From Mobula birostris (Eukaryota): a stretch of DNA of 64,000 nucleotides. The DNA is taken from contig NC_092389.1 in NCBI RefSeq assembly GCF_030028105.1, positions 7,675,180 through 7,739,179 on the forward strand, written 5' to 3'. The stretch's first letter is position 1, and each line of letters begins with the position of its first letter. Positions 26,090 to 39,199 of the stretch are shown piece by piece. The notes under the pieces were generated by a model. That model searched no databases. It was not told where the DNA came from and worked only from the letters and a program-made list of their open reading frames with translations. Position numbers and translations under genes: made by a program.

Positions 26090-26830
26090 GAGACCATAGA
26101 ACACTACAACACAGTACAGGCTTTTCAGCCCTTGATGTTGTGCTGACATTTCAACATACTCCAAGATTAAACTAACGCTTCCCTCCCACATAGACCTATC
26201 ATCCATTTGACTATCTAGGAGTTTCTTAAATGTCCCTAATGTATCAGCCTCAACCACCACCCCTGGCAATGTGTTCCACACAAGCAATACATTCTACGTA
26301 CAAAAAAAGTACTTCTGACATCCCCTCTACACATTTCTCCAATCACCTTAAAATTATGCCTCCTTGTATTAGTAATTTCCACCTTGGAAAAATGACTGGC
26401 TACCCACTGTGTATATACTTCTTATCATTTTATACACCTCTAGCAAGTCACTTCTCATCCTCCTTCACTCCGAAGAGAAAAGCCCTAGCTCACTCAGCCT
26501 ATCATCATAAGACATGCTCTCTAGTCCAGGCAGCATCCTGGTAAATCTCCTCTGCGCTCTCTTTCAACCTTCCACATCTTCCTGTAATGAGGCAACCAGA
26601 ACTGAACACAATATTCCAAGTGTGGTTTAACCACATTACCTGAGCTCTTAAGCTCAATCCCCTGACTAATGAAGGCCAACACAACATATGCCTTCTTAAC
26701 CACCCCATCAACTTGTGCGGCAACATGGAGGGATCTATGGATGTGGATCCCAAGATCCCTTTGTTCCTCCACACTGCTGAGAATCCTGTACTCTGCCTTC
26801 AAGTTCAATCTTCCACAGTGAATCACCTTA
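26090..26830 (-). mobile_element. CR1 LINE 3' fragments
   Basis: Minus ORFs contain RDLGIHIHRSL, VVKKAYVVLAFI and PHLEYCVQFW. Confidence 0.8.
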
Positions 26831-27501
26831 TACTTTTCTAGATTTAAATCTATCTGCAGGAATTGGTCAAACTGTTCCTCAAACCTGCTGCATCACTCAG
26901 TAAGACCATGCCTGAACTTCTCCTCAAAACCTACTTCTTGAGCTACCTCCAGATCTCATAGCACCCAAGAACTTATTGACCTTAGCAGCCAACAATTTGA
27001 TTAAACTTCCAAAGACTAACATTCGTCTGAGCAAAGGAGTTTCTTAAATTTTGCATGAACTCCTCACCCAGACATTTAGGGACTCTAGTGAGCACACTTG
27101 AGCTAAGGAAGGCAGAATCTAAATTGTTATTCCCTCCAAGAAATTCTATTTGAGGCCATTTCTCCTTATTCTAAACACAAGAAATTCTGCAGATGCTGGA
27201 AATCCAGAGTAACATGCACAAAATGCTGGAGGAGCTCAGCAGGTCAGACAGCAGTCCTGATGAAGGGCTCTCAGCCTGAAATGTTGACTCTTCATTCCTT
27301 TCCATAAATACTGCCTGACATGCTGAGCTCCTCCAGCATTTTGCGTGTGTTGCTCCTTATTTGAAGTCAGGAGAAGATAGGGCCATTCTACTCAATGTTT
27401 CCTCATAGGATACCCATTCCTACTTGGAATCAATCTATTGAATTTTTGTTGCTCTTCTCTATCCACGCTTTATATGAGATTCTAGGTTTTGTCAAAGCAT
27501 A

Positions 27502-28199
27502 TGTAAGGGGGTTTCGTCTTTTATGCTACTGCGTAGGCTAATTAAAATGGCTTCTTTGTTATGTTGTACTTGGGAATGCTTCTTTGTGATGTTAAACGCT
27601 GAGAAAGTTCTTGCGCTAGCAGATGTTTTGGGTTAGACTATGATAAGAAGATGTTACAAACCAATTGGGATAGTTGTTATGTTTTTTGTGTATCTGATGA
27701 TATTGTATGCGTGAGGTTTCGGGGCAGAAGGTGGGAGAGAGAGACAGAGGATGGACCGGGTGCTGTGAGTCTGCTAACGGGGTTGGACCCCGAGCAAGGT
27801 GTTTGGCAAGGAGAGGAGACGGAGACGGACTCGTGTGGAGCGTCTGGTCGACCACCGTTGTTGGTCCCAGGCGGCCGGTTGAGGTGGTCCGAGGGGTCAC
27901 AGGGTGAAGAAGAAGGGTCCTGAGCTCCAACTGTTTGTGCACGAAGAGATTGAACTTTGATAAGTGTGGCGCCTTTTATTTTCCTTTTATAGTTTATTCT
28001 CTATTAATTTTATAGTTCCGGTAATATCTATAAACTGTAAATCATTTAATCGTATCTGGTGTATTGTCTGTTATTTGAGCGGGGTGGGGTACCTCACACA
28101 GCATCCACACAAACTAATTACCCAGTTTGGCGGGGCCGAGGGCTGTTTCCCTAGACGACAGCGAGCTGAGCGACCCTGAGGCTGGCCAGGGGGGCTACA
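27502..28199. mobile_element. Solo LTR (Gypsy-like), 698 bp
   Basis: TGTA...TACA termini with a perfect 4-bp TSD cata (27498-27501 and 28200-28203); CpG-retaining interior. Confidence 0.85.
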
Positions 28200-28619
28200 C
28201 ATATCTAAGACCTTTCAGCGAAAGGAGATTGGGTTTAAATGCATACCTTCTCCCTCAACATACCTAACCAAAGATGTGTTGTGCTATGAATGATCTTCAA
28301 CCACTAGAGTAAAGCAAATGCAAATGCAAATGCAAAGATAAAATTTGGTCAGATGAGCAAAAAGCACCGGTTGATAAGCTTGATCCTGCACTATTGTTGA
28401 GAAGGTTTAAAATGAGTTGTGTAGAATAATGTGGACAGGGACCATTCCCAAAATTCCTGAAACTGATCCAACGTTCCTACATTAGGCCTGGGGATAGAAA
28501 CAGTCCTCCAAAGTCAGAAATTTCAGAGAGGATGCATGCAGGAGGTCATCACACAACAAGGCTTTGTTGGATCCAAAGGTTCTTCAGAAGTTAAGAATGA
28601 GGCATAAAACCTGTTTTAT

Positions 28620-29635
28620 TAAGACCATAAGGCCATAAGACATAGGAGCAGAATTCAGCCATTTGGCCCATCAAGTCTCACTGCTATTCCATCATGGCTG
28701 ATTTATTATTCCTTTCATACCCATCCTCCTGCCTTCTCCCTGTAACATTTGATTCCCTAACTAATGAAGAACCCATCAAACTCCTCTTTAAATATACTCA
28801 ACGACTTGGCTTCCACAGCTGTCTGTGGCAATGAATTCCATAGATTCACCATCCTCTGCCTAAAAAAATTCCAACTCATCTCTGCTAAATGGACGTCCCT
28901 CTATTCTGAGGTTGTGCCCCAGGGTCCTAGACTCACCCACAATAGGAACAATTCTCTGCATATCCACTCTATCTAGCCCTTTCAATATTTGGTAGGTTTC
29001 AATGAGATCTCCTCTCATTCTTCTGAACTCCAGCAAGTACAGGTCCAAAGCCATCCAATGTTCTTTACATCGTACATTAACTTTTTCATTCTCATGAACC
29101 TCCCCTGGACCCTCTCCAATGCCGGCATATTTTTACTTAGATAAGCAGCCCAGAACTGCTCACAATACTCCAAGTGTTTTCTTATAAAGCCTCAGCATCA
29201 CATCCCTGCTCTTGTATTCTATATCTCTTGAAATGAATGCTAACATTGCACTTGCCTTCCTCACCACTGACTCAACCTGCAAGTTAACCTTCAGGGAATC
29301 CTGCATGAGGACCCCAAGTCCCTTTAATTTTTTTAATTTTCTCCCCAATTAGAAAATAGTCTACACCTTTATTCCTTCTATGCATGACTATACATGACCT
29401 TGCATTATATTTATCTGCCACTTCTTTGCACATTCTCCCAATCTGTCCAAGTCCTTCTGCAGACTCCCTACATCCCCAACACTATGTGGACCTCCAACTA
29501 TCTTCATATCCTCTGCAAACTTGGCCACAAAGCCATCAATTCTGTCATCTAAATCATTGGCATGCAACGTAAGAAGAAGTGGTCCCAACACTGAACCCTG
29601 CAGAGCGCCACTAGTCACCTGCAGCCAATCTGAAA
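28620..29635 (-). mobile_element. CR1 LINE 3' portion
   Basis: Minus ORFs contain QGSVLGPLL, FVAKFAEDMK, LGVLMQDSLKVN and RMRGDLIETY; the tail is at the left. Confidence 0.9.
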
Positions 29636-29905
29636 GTGTAACAAGAACAAAGAAGACACTAGAGAGGAACATGCAGAGAGAGAATGAAGAAAGAGCATGC
29701 AGAGAAAGAGCCTAAGGAAAAGAGAGAGAGAACAAAGATGGTCTGGTCTTCTTATACTGGACCACCTTTGTTCAATTGATAACTGTAAATTCCATTGATA
29801 ATGTTAACCAATCGGATAGCCAGATTTATGTAATGTGAAACCAAGATGATTCCATAAAAATACAGAGGCAACTATAACCACCGAAAAACTCACTGAACAA
29901 TTAAA

Positions 29906-30896
29906 GCGACACACATCAAAGTTGCTGGTGAACGCAGCAGGCCAGGCAGCATCTCTAGGAAGAGGTACAGTCGACATTTCGGGCCAAGACCCTTCGTCAG
30001 GACTAACTGAAGGAAGAGCTAGTAAGAGATTTGAAAGTGGGAGGGGGAGGAGGAGATCCAAAATGATAGGAGAAGACAGGAGGGGGAGGGATGGAGCCAA
30101 GAGCTGGACAGGTGATTGGCAAAAGGGATATGAGAGGATCATGAGACAGGAGGCCCAGGGAGAAGGAAAAGGGGGAGGGGGGGGAAACCCAGAGGATGGG
30201 AAGGGGTATAGTCAGAGGGACAGAGGGAGAAAAAGGAGAGAGAGAGAAAGAATGTTTGTATATAAATAAATAAATAATGGATGGGGTACGAGGGGGAGGT
30301 TGGGCATTAGCCGAAGTTAGAGAAGTCAATGTTCATGCCATCAGGTTGGAGGCTACCCAGACGGAATACAAGGTGTTATTCCTCCAATCTGTGTGTGGCT
30401 TCTTGTTCCTCCAAACTTCTCTAACTTCCGTTAATGAACATTGATTTCTCTAACTTCCGCTAATACTCCACCTCCCCCTCATACCCCATCCGTTATTTAT
30501 TATATACACACATTCTTTCTCTCTCTCTCCTTTTTCTCCCTCGGTCCCTCTGACTATACCCCTTGCCCATCCTCTGGGTTTTTCCCCCCTCCCCCTTTTC
30601 CTTCTCCCTGGGCCTCCTGTCCCATGATCCTCTCGTATCCCCTTTTGCCAATCACCTGTCCAGCTCTTGGCTCCATCCCTCCCCCTCCTGTCTTCTCCTT
30701 TCATTTTGGATCTCCCCCTCCCCCTCCCACTTTCAAATCTCTTACTAGCTCTTCCTTCAGTTAGTCCTGACGAAGGGTCTTGGCCCGAAACGTCGACTAT
30801 ACCTCTTCCTAGAGATGCTACCTGGCCTGCTGCGTTCACCAGCAACTTTGATGTGTGTTGCTTGAATTTCCAGCATCTGCTGAATTCCTCGTGTTT
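29906..30896. mobile_element. Penelope-like element as a ~1-kb inverted repeat (two pLTR arms) with 14-bp TSD
   Basis: Arms about 29906-30392 (-) and 30416-30896 (+) are near-identical reverse complements. TSD actgaacaattaaa at 29892-29905 and 30897-30910. The minus arm holds the GIY-YIG C-terminal remnant HLVFRLGSLQPDGMNIDFSNF. Confidence 0.88.
30763..30798 (+). ncRNA. Minimal type I hammerhead-like ribozyme motif in a Penelope pLTR
   Basis: AGUC-CUGACGA-A-GGGU(CUUG)GCCC-GAAA-CG-UC-GACU: stem I, conserved core, stem II, GAAA, short palindromic stem III and a GUC cleavage triplet. Confidence 0.6.
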
Positions 30897-31216
30897 ACTG
30901 AACAATTAAATGTATGTACTGTAGGTGATTGCGTAAAAATACAAATAAGCATAAGAAAGTGAAACTACAAGAAAAATAACAATTCTACAGACCAATCCTA
31001 CTGCTTGTCACAGAGAAGTAGCTCATGGACACTCGAGACTCAATTTTAAATGGTGGCAAGCTGTCCAAACTGTGGTTGGTGCAGTGGTCAGAGAGCAGGG
31101 TAGGAGCAACAGGGATCTATGACTGTGTTGGTAGTGGGGAGATGGTAAGCTTTACGTGAGCTCAAGGCTCCTCTGCATATTTCAGATTCAGATTTATTTA
31201 TCACGTGTACATGAAA

Positions 31217-31902
31217 GGGGGAGGAAAAGATGGCGGTGCAACGCAATGCGCGCGGCCGCTCCGAATGATATCGTATGTGTTAACTAGGGGCTGTGCACAA
31301 TCCTGATTTGATGGAGACAGCTGTGAGAAACATGGAGGAACACCTGGAGAAACTTCTGAAATGCCTGCTTCGCTGCCGCTGCTACTGTGCGATCGAGAAT
31401 CTCCGGAGGGGAAGGCCCCAAATCCTTGGCTTTGCCTATTGCCTGTGGCCGGGGCCGGGGTCAAAGCGCTCAGCAGAGATAGTGCTCGGTGCTCGGTGTC
31501 GGAGGGCTGGTTGGAGGCTCGAAGTTTTCGGACGGACTCAAGAGTCGGCTGTGGTCGGGCGCTTCCAGGGTGCTGCATCAGCAAGTTTGCGGCGCTGGAG
31601 GTTCATGGCAGGGAGAGTTTTTTTTCTTCCTTCTACCGTCTGCATGAGATGATGGGACTTTCGAGAGACTTTGAGACTTTTTTTTACCGTGCCCATGGTC
31701 TGTTCTTTATCGAATTACGGTATTGCTTTGCACTGTTGTAACTATATGTTATAATTATGTGGTTTTTGTCAGTTTTTCAGTCGGTTTGTCTTGTGTTTCT
31801 GTGATATCATACTGGAGGAACATTGTATCATTTCTTAATGCATGCATTACTAAATGACAATAAAAGAGGACTGCGTGTCCTCATAACCTAAATCTAAATC
31901 TA
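31217..31902 (+). mobile_element. Non-autonomous LINE derivative (5' end joined to 3' end) inserted in a V-SINE
   Basis: Starts gggggaggaaaagatggcgg (YY1-like motif), has a CpG-rich 5' half, and ends aataaaag...(aatct)n. Approximate TSD acatgaa/acattgaa; the host SINE resumes at 31903-32110. Confidence 0.6.
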
Positions 31903-32660
31903 ACATTGAAGCATAACCAATACACCCAAGGATGTGCTGGGAGTAGCCCACAAGTGTTGTCACACGTTCTGCACCAACACAGCATGCCCACAATGCTCGG
32001 CAGAACAACACAAGCAACAACAACAGCAAAGCAAGCCACTTTCCCTCCCTCCCACCAACCCGCACTCACACGCAGGGATAGACTTCCAACACATTTAGAC
32101 TGGCATCCAGAGAACAGACTTCTGGTTAGCCTATTTACCAGCTCCAAAAAGTAGCTCAATGTCAGGTGAGCATTGGGAGGGGAATTAAACAATGCCCCTC
32201 ATTATAACTGTTCCCCCATCAAATCAGTCTGTGGCAAATCGGTTGGAGGGGAGAGACAGTGGAGTCTGCCAGTCTACTTGAGTGCATGACAAGTGGCCAG
32301 TTCACCACAATGCCAGATGATACCTGCAATATATTAACCCAATATATTAACTCAGGTAAGCAAGGAAGGAAAAAATAGATCTGCTGCATCTTAAAAGTAA
32401 TCTCATATCTTGTGGTGTTTTCCTGGAAGTTGAAAGATGAGATACTGGATATTTTGTGCGGCTTTCTATTTTAGCATGCTACTGAGATGCAAAGGACATT
32501 TAAGATTGTTACCTGATACTGTTAAAGTCTAAGATGTTCCCTCTCCAATCTGAAACCTGTTTGTAACTTCAAATAAAACACAGGGATTGCAGTCGGTTTC
32601 CCTCAGCTCATCTTGAAATACTTTATTTTCTTTTAACAACCTTAGCTGAAGTTAAAGAAA

Positions 32661-33240
32661 TACACTCGGTTAGAAAAGTACACGAGGTACCTAATAAAAT
32701 GGACAATGATTGTACGAACGTATGTTCGTGGTCTTCTGTTGCTGTAGCCCATCTACTTCAAGATTTGGTATGTTGTGCACTCAGACATGCTCTCCCGCAC
32801 ACCACTGTTGTAACGTGTGGTTATTTGAGTTACTGTCACCTTCCTGTCAGCTTGAACCAATCTGGCCATTCTCCTCTGATCTCTCTCATTAACAAGGCAT
32901 TTTCACCCACAGAACTGCTGCTCACTGGATGTTTTTTGTTTCTCATACCACTCTCTGTAAGCCCTAGAGACTGTTGTGCATGAAAATCCCAGGAGATCAG
33001 CAGTTTCTGAGATACTCAAACCACCCTTTCTGGCACCAAAAATCATTTCACGGTCAAAGTCACTTAGATGATACGTATTTATTCCCCATCCTGAAGTTTG
33101 ATGTGAATAACAACGGAACCTCTTGACCATGTCTGCATGTTTTTAATGCATCGAGTTGCTGCCATGTGATTGGCTGATTAGATATTTGCATAAATGAGCA
33201 GGTGTACAGGTGTGCCTAATAAAGTGGCCACCAAGTGTAT
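32661..33240 (-). mobile_element. Non-autonomous Tc1 element
   Basis: tacactc...cctaataaagtggccaccaagtgta termini. Minus ORF LSDFDREMIFGARKGGLSISETADLLGFSCTTVSRAYREW is a Tc1 paired-like HTH. Confidence 0.88.
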
Positions 33241-34124
33241 GAATCTTCTGATTTCCATAATCAACTGAAGTAAAAAGATAGAAGAGAGACTGGGACTGAT
33301 GGGATGACTCTGTTGTGAGTCAGCAGCACCCAATGGCCCGAATGGCCTTGTTCATATAATAATAAGTAATTGAGAAGAAAGATGCACTTGATCTAACTTT
33401 CAAAATAATATAATAACCTGGACTGTCCACATTTCCAAAGCTTACATCTAAAGATGTAGTGTAGCAGTTAGCACAACACTATTACAACTCATGACATTGG
33501 AGTTCAGAGTTCAATTCCAACGTCACCTGTAAGGAGTCTGTACATTCTCCCCATGATCACATGGTTTTCCTCCAGGTGCTCCGGTTTCCTCCCACAGTCC
33601 AAAGACGTACCACTTAGTAAGTTAATTGGGCATTATAAATTGTCCTGTGATCAGTCTAGGGTTAAATCGGGGGTTGCTGGGCGGTGTGCCTCGAAGGGCC
33701 ATAAAGCCTATTCTACACTGTATCTCAATAAATAAATAAACATTTGTATATTTCTGGAAACAATATTGATAACATAAGATAGCACATTTATGTTCTGTTG
33801 TTTCAGGAACATCACAAATCTGCAGTTATCCCAACCCAGCACAAATACCAAAAATGCACTACATGTCCAATTTTTCCCCATCAAAAGAATAAACAAGCTC
33901 TTTAACTTCTTCAATGTTTAAAAAAATGAAGGAATTCATCAAAACAGAAAAGGCAAGAAAATCATAAACCATCAATCTCTGTAAGGATTTTATCTTCTTT
34001 GAGATGATCTCTATTTTAAATCTGGAGAAGGTAGAATCATCCTTCTCAGTCTACCCAAAGAACATTCTCTCCTCCCTGGAACCAACCTATTGATTTTTTT
34101 TTCATTGTACTCCTCTATCATAAT

Positions 34125-34800
34125 CATTGAGAAGTATAGTACAGATTCAGGCCCTTCGGCCCATCTAGTTCATGCCAAAGTAATTTAAACTGCCTACTCC
34201 CAATGGCCTGCACCGGGACCACAGCTCTCCATATCTCTACTATAGATGTACTTATCCAAATTTCTCTTAAACGTTGAAATCGAGCTCACATGGACCACTT
34301 GAGATGGCAGTTCATTCCACACTGTCACAACCCTCTGAGTGAAGAAGTTTTCCCTCATGTTCCCCTTAACTTCTCACCTTTCACCCTTAAGTCATGATCT
34401 CTAGTTATAGTCCCACCCAACCTCAGTGGAAAAAGCTTGCTTGCATTTACCCTATCTATACCCCTCATAATCTTGCATACCTCTATCAAATCTCCTCTCA
34501 ATCTTCTATGCTCTAAACAATACAATTCTAACCTATTCAATCTTTCCTTATAACTCAGGTCCTCCAGAACCAGCAACATTCTTGTAAATTTTCTCTGCAC
34601 TCTTCTAACCTTGTTTACATCTTTCCTGAGGGTAAGTGAACAAAACTGCACACAATACTCCAAATTAGCCCTCACCAATGTCTTATACAACTTCAGCATA
34701 ACATCCCATCTTCTGTACTCAATGCATTGATTTGTGAAGCCCAATGTGCCAAAAGCTTTCTCTATGACCCTATCTACCTGTGATGCCTCTTTCAATGAAT
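34125..34800 (-). mobile_element. CR1 LINE 3' portion
   Basis: ORF 34355-34795 contains LYKTLVRANLEYCVQF, VQRKFTRML and RRLRGDLIEV. Confidence 0.9.
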
Positions 34801-35396
34801 TATGTATTCTATGCTTTATAAAAGATCATAGATATTGCCGTTATGACCACCATTAGCCTTCAGTCAATTTAGAATCTGAGCTGTCTTCTAGCTCTCCACA
34901 CATCCAAGAGTTTCAGTTGTTGGAGTTAACTTTGTTAGATTGAGTGGGTGGGGGTAATGCACAGAGGACTTCTGTGGATATTCATTTCAGAATTCTCTTC
35001 CATCATACATCAACCAGCTGATATCTGTTAACCATTGCTACTGTGAATGGAAGTCTTCCAGTAAGACGCTTGTTGGCTTTCCTAAGGGCTGCTTCACTTG
35101 CCATGACCATGACTCTACACATCTACCAATCCTTTATCAGATCAGCCTTTCTCAAACTAATTCTGGTTAAAAAAAAGTGTAGAAAGGCCATATCATGATA
35201 CACACACGGTTCTTATAGGTACATTCACACAAACATCATTATTCTCAACCACCCTTGACCTTAACTTGTTGCTTTTGTCCATTTTAAGTTTTACAAGAAC
35301 AAAGAACAAACAAAGAAAGAGGAGCTGAGAGTACAAAGAAAAGATAAAGGAAAAATCAGTCGTGGTTGTCTCAAACTCAGACTAGAGATAACAATT

Positions 35397-35430
35397 GTCC
35401 TGATGAAGGGTCTCGGCCTGAAACGTCGAC
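35397..35430 (+). ncRNA. Minimal type I hammerhead-like motif in a short pLTR fragment (35391-35530)
   Basis: GUC-CUGAUGA-AGG(GUCUCGG)CCU-GAAA-CG-UC-GAC with an intact core. Confidence 0.6.
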
Positions 35431-37136
35431 TGCACCTCTTCCTAGAGATGCTGCCTGGCCTGCTGCGTTCACCAGCAACTTTTATGTGTGTTGCTTGAAT
35501 TTCCAGCATTTGCAGAATTCCTGTTGTTTGACCTAAAAAATTGCCAGATTCAAGTGGCGTGGCACCTGCTACTGAAAACCAAGGAGCTTTTGGAAAAATA
35601 TAGAAGTAACTGTACTGTAACTGCCAGAAAATTCACTGAACAATTGCATGTAAATAGATGATTACACAAAAATACAAGCAAGCATAGAAAATACAAGAAA
35701 AATAACTATTCTACATCAGAATCCAACAGGTAGTGAATTCAAATACCTCTGACAATCTCAGAAACACTCGACAACTAGCCATATACTCAGATTGTCCTTG
35801 AAGAATGATTTAGGCAATGCCAGAATAAGGTTCAGTCAGGGGTGATTTTGCAATCATGTACCTCATCCGCTTCACATTAAAAGTCTCCTGGTAAGTGACT
35901 CACTGTTTCTATTGGGACCATCTCAACGAGATAACATTTCTGTTTTCTTGACAGTTTATGAAATCTCTTAGGTCAAATGTTTAGTGTCTTTAAAACTAAT
36001 GGATGATGATCTATTTAAATATTAATCAGCATCCAACCACAGATGCAGATCTATCAAGGCAAACAATATAGAAAGAAAGTTGCTTAGCCTGTGTGTATCT
36101 TGTTTCCAGCGCAATCAACGCTGTAATTGTTTGGCGTTTTGTAAAATTGCAGCTGCAATCCAGATTAAGATTCAGAGCCTTGTAGAATGATTTCACTCTT
36201 GAGACTAATTCATTTAAGAACATTAAATCTCTCAGTGATCTGCAATTCCACAATGTGAGTCTCAGGATGTCTCTTCTGGCAATGGAGAGTCAAGTTCACT
36301 CACAAGTTTACATTGTGCAATTGGCTACTTTTCGTACCAGTACTGAATAGATTAGAGCTGAACTTTATTTGTCACACATGCATTGAAATGCATCATTTGC
36401 ATCAATATCCAACACAGTCTGAGATGTGCTGGGGGCAGCCCGCAAATGTTGCATGCTTCTGGCATCAATATGGCATGCACATAACTTGGACCACAAGACC
36501 ATAAGACATAGGAGCAGAATTAGGCCATTGGCCCAACAAGTCTGCTCCACCATTCAATCATGGCTGATCCTATTTTTCTCCTCTTCGACCCCAGTTCCTG
36601 GCATCCTCCCTGTAACCTTTGATACCATGTCCAATCAAGAACCTATCAATCTCTGCCTTAAATACATCCAACGACCTGGCCTCCACAGCTGCCTGTGGCA
36701 ACAAATTCCACTAATTCACCACCCTTTGACTAAAGAATTTCTCCGTATCTCTGTTTTGAAAGAGCGCCCCTCTATCCTGAGGCTGTACCCTCTTGTCCTA
36801 GACCCTCCCATGGGAAACATCCTTTCCATATCTACTCTGTCTAGGCCTTTCAACATTCGAAAGGTTTCAATGAGATCCCCCCTCATCCTTTTGAATTCCA
36901 GCGAGTACAGACCCAGAGCCATCAAACGTTCCGCATATGATAACCTGGAACCATCTTTGTGAACGTCCTCTGGGACTCTCTCCAATGCCAGCACATCTTT
37001 TCCAAGATGAGGGGCCCAAAACTGTTTACAATACTCAAGGTGAGGCCTCACCGGTGCCTTATAAAGCCTCAGCATCACATCCTTGTTCTTATATTCCAGA
37101 CCCCTTGAAATGAATGCTAACATGATGCATTATATT

Positions 37137-37946
37137 TGTCATGATCTGCTCCGTGAAGATCGTATTCCAGTTCACGGTCTGGTCCGTCGATTCCTTATTT
37201 CGGGTTTTCCTGTTTTCCTTTGTTCCATTGGGTGCCTTAATTGAGGCACCTGGTTCTTGCTTTGGGCTGGCACATAAATACCTCTCAAACCAAGGATTCC
37301 CTGCTGGCCTGTTCCCTACCCTTCTGAAGCCTTGCGTGCATCTCTGTCAACTGCTGGAGTGAGGCTGGAGCCTTGCCATACCAAGATAAGGAACTATCTC
37401 TTTGTGTCCCTGTGTTTAGTGTCTGTGTCAAAGAAGAGTCCTGGCCCTAGGTCCTGCTCCCAAGGAGGGGTCCTAACCCTGTGTAAAGTCCTGTTCCCAA
37501 GGAGGGGATCTGGCTCTGTGTTGTGTGTTCCAAGTTCCAGGTGGTGTGTTCCAGTCCTGTCCAAGTCAAGGCTTTGTGTTCTTGTCCAGTCCAGGAGTCC
37601 CTTGTCAAGTCCTGTAGCCTAGCCATGTCCAGTCCTGTAGCCATGTCTTGTCCTTGCCCAGATCTGGGGTCTGAGCCTGAGTCAAGACCCAGGTTCTGGG
37701 TCCCTGTCCAGTCTCTGGCTCGGAGTCATAGCTCAGGCTCCTAGTTCCAAGTTCCTTGTCCTGGTCCTGCTTTCCTAGTCTTAGTCTTAGCCCAGGCCCA
37801 GTGTCCCTGTCTTGTCCAGGGCCTGTCTCAATGCCCAGTGTCATTTCTTCCTTACTCACCTTGCTATCTCAATAAACCTAGTCCTGTTCCTAGTACTTCA
37901 GTGTGTGTCTTGCATTTGGATCTGCTCCCAATGCCCCCTTATGACA
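37137..37946 (+). mobile_element. 5' LTR of a miniature Gypsy/chromovirus-type element
   Basis: TGTCA...TGACA termini, ataaata TATA-like box at 37274 and caataaa near 37870. Followed by gaacaacccagtcc...gacccag, which resembles an internal start. Confidence 0.82.
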
Positions 37947-38062
37947 GAACAACCCAGTCCTACATAGACCCAGTGATGCAGACACTGTCATTTAACTCTC
38001 GCCATCCTGTTGAATACCCCCCACCTGCCTAGGTCGTTCATAGTCCAGGAAAGCCTGTTAGG

Positions 38063-39199
38063 TGTCACAAGGTGTGTGCTGGGAATGGGCCCAAATGCAA
38101 GACGGACACTGAAGTACAAGGAACAGGACTAGGATGAAGGACCTGGGCTAGGACATGGACAAGAAACAGGGAATCTGGACAAGGAACTATGAACTCAGAG
38201 CCTGGCTTGAACTCCAAGCCAGAGACTGGACAAGGACCCAGAACCTGGGTCTTGCCTCGGGCTCGGACCCCAGAACTAGGCAAGGACATGACACGGCTAT
38301 GGGACTGGACGAGGCTGCAGGCTGGGGTCTTGGGATGCGGAGGCTGATAACTCCAAGACTGGAGCTTGGAGACATACTGGGAACTGTACATCAACATAGA
38401 GCCGAGACTTATCCTTTGAAAAGCCGGGACTCATCTTTAACACGACACCAACATGAGACTGGACAGTGCATAGACATAGAGCCGGGACTTATCCTTAGAC
38501 AAGCTAGGATTCAACTTTATCTCCACACCAAGGTGGGACAGGTCCATCCGTCGGGTAACAGCAGAACGGCAGGACTTACCCAACAGAGGCAAAGACAAGA
38601 CATCCCCCCACAGGGCAACAGCAGAATGACCTGACTTACCCCACAGAGGCGAGGACAAGAGGGGACAGATCCAACCGTAGGGTAATGGCAGAATGGCCTG
38701 ACCTACCCCATGGAGGCAAGGACAAGAAGAGACAAACACCAAAGAATGACAGACAGTTCCACATCTGCATTGGGGTTGCTCCAAGTCACAGTTACAGCTA
38801 GCAACCTCAGCTGGCTATGGAAACAGCCGGATCCCTACCTAGCTCAGAGTGGCTGACAGCCACTCAGCTGGCCCAGTAAACAGCCGAATCCATACCACAA
38901 AGACAGCTCCGACTACCGACAGCAAGGCTTCATGAAGCAATGGTTCTCCAACGCAGCCTAAGGATGGCAAGTGGCTGCTCTAGCCTTCCACCAGCAGGTT
39001 GCTCCCAGGGAAATCTTGACAAGACAAACTAGCCGCCCACACTCGACCCCAAGGCTACTTGTATTCCAAGCCCCAAGACAGGAATCAGGTGCCTATGATT
39101 AACCCAACGGAAACAAGGGACAGCTGGAAGACCTAGAGTCCTGAGTCTACGGACCGGACCGTGAACCAGATTGCAGACTTCACAGAATGGACTATGACA
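38063..39199 (-). mobile_element. Solo LTR of a related subfamily inserted antisense in the mini element, 5-bp TSD
   Basis: TGTCA...TGACA termini flanked by ttagg (38058-38062 and 39200-39204). Homologous to LTR1 in reverse, with three 60-67-bp tandem units at about 38536-38727. Confidence 0.85.

Noticed and set aside
29804-30909. Several ORFs over 100 aa with Pro/Ser/Leu- or Gly/Arg/Glu-rich translations (also 3180-3531, 43806-44078, 49930-50371)
   Set aside because: Artefacts of purine/pyrimidine-skewed Penelope terminal repeats.
38155-38634. 159-aa ORF as gag or a repeat protein
   Set aside because: It lies wholly inside a reversed LTR made of short repeated motifs; no capsid or zinc-knuckle motif.
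38536-38727. Three spaced repeats superficially like a CRISPR array
   Set aside because: Contiguous diverged tandem units without unique spacers, in a eukaryotic LTR with no cas genes.
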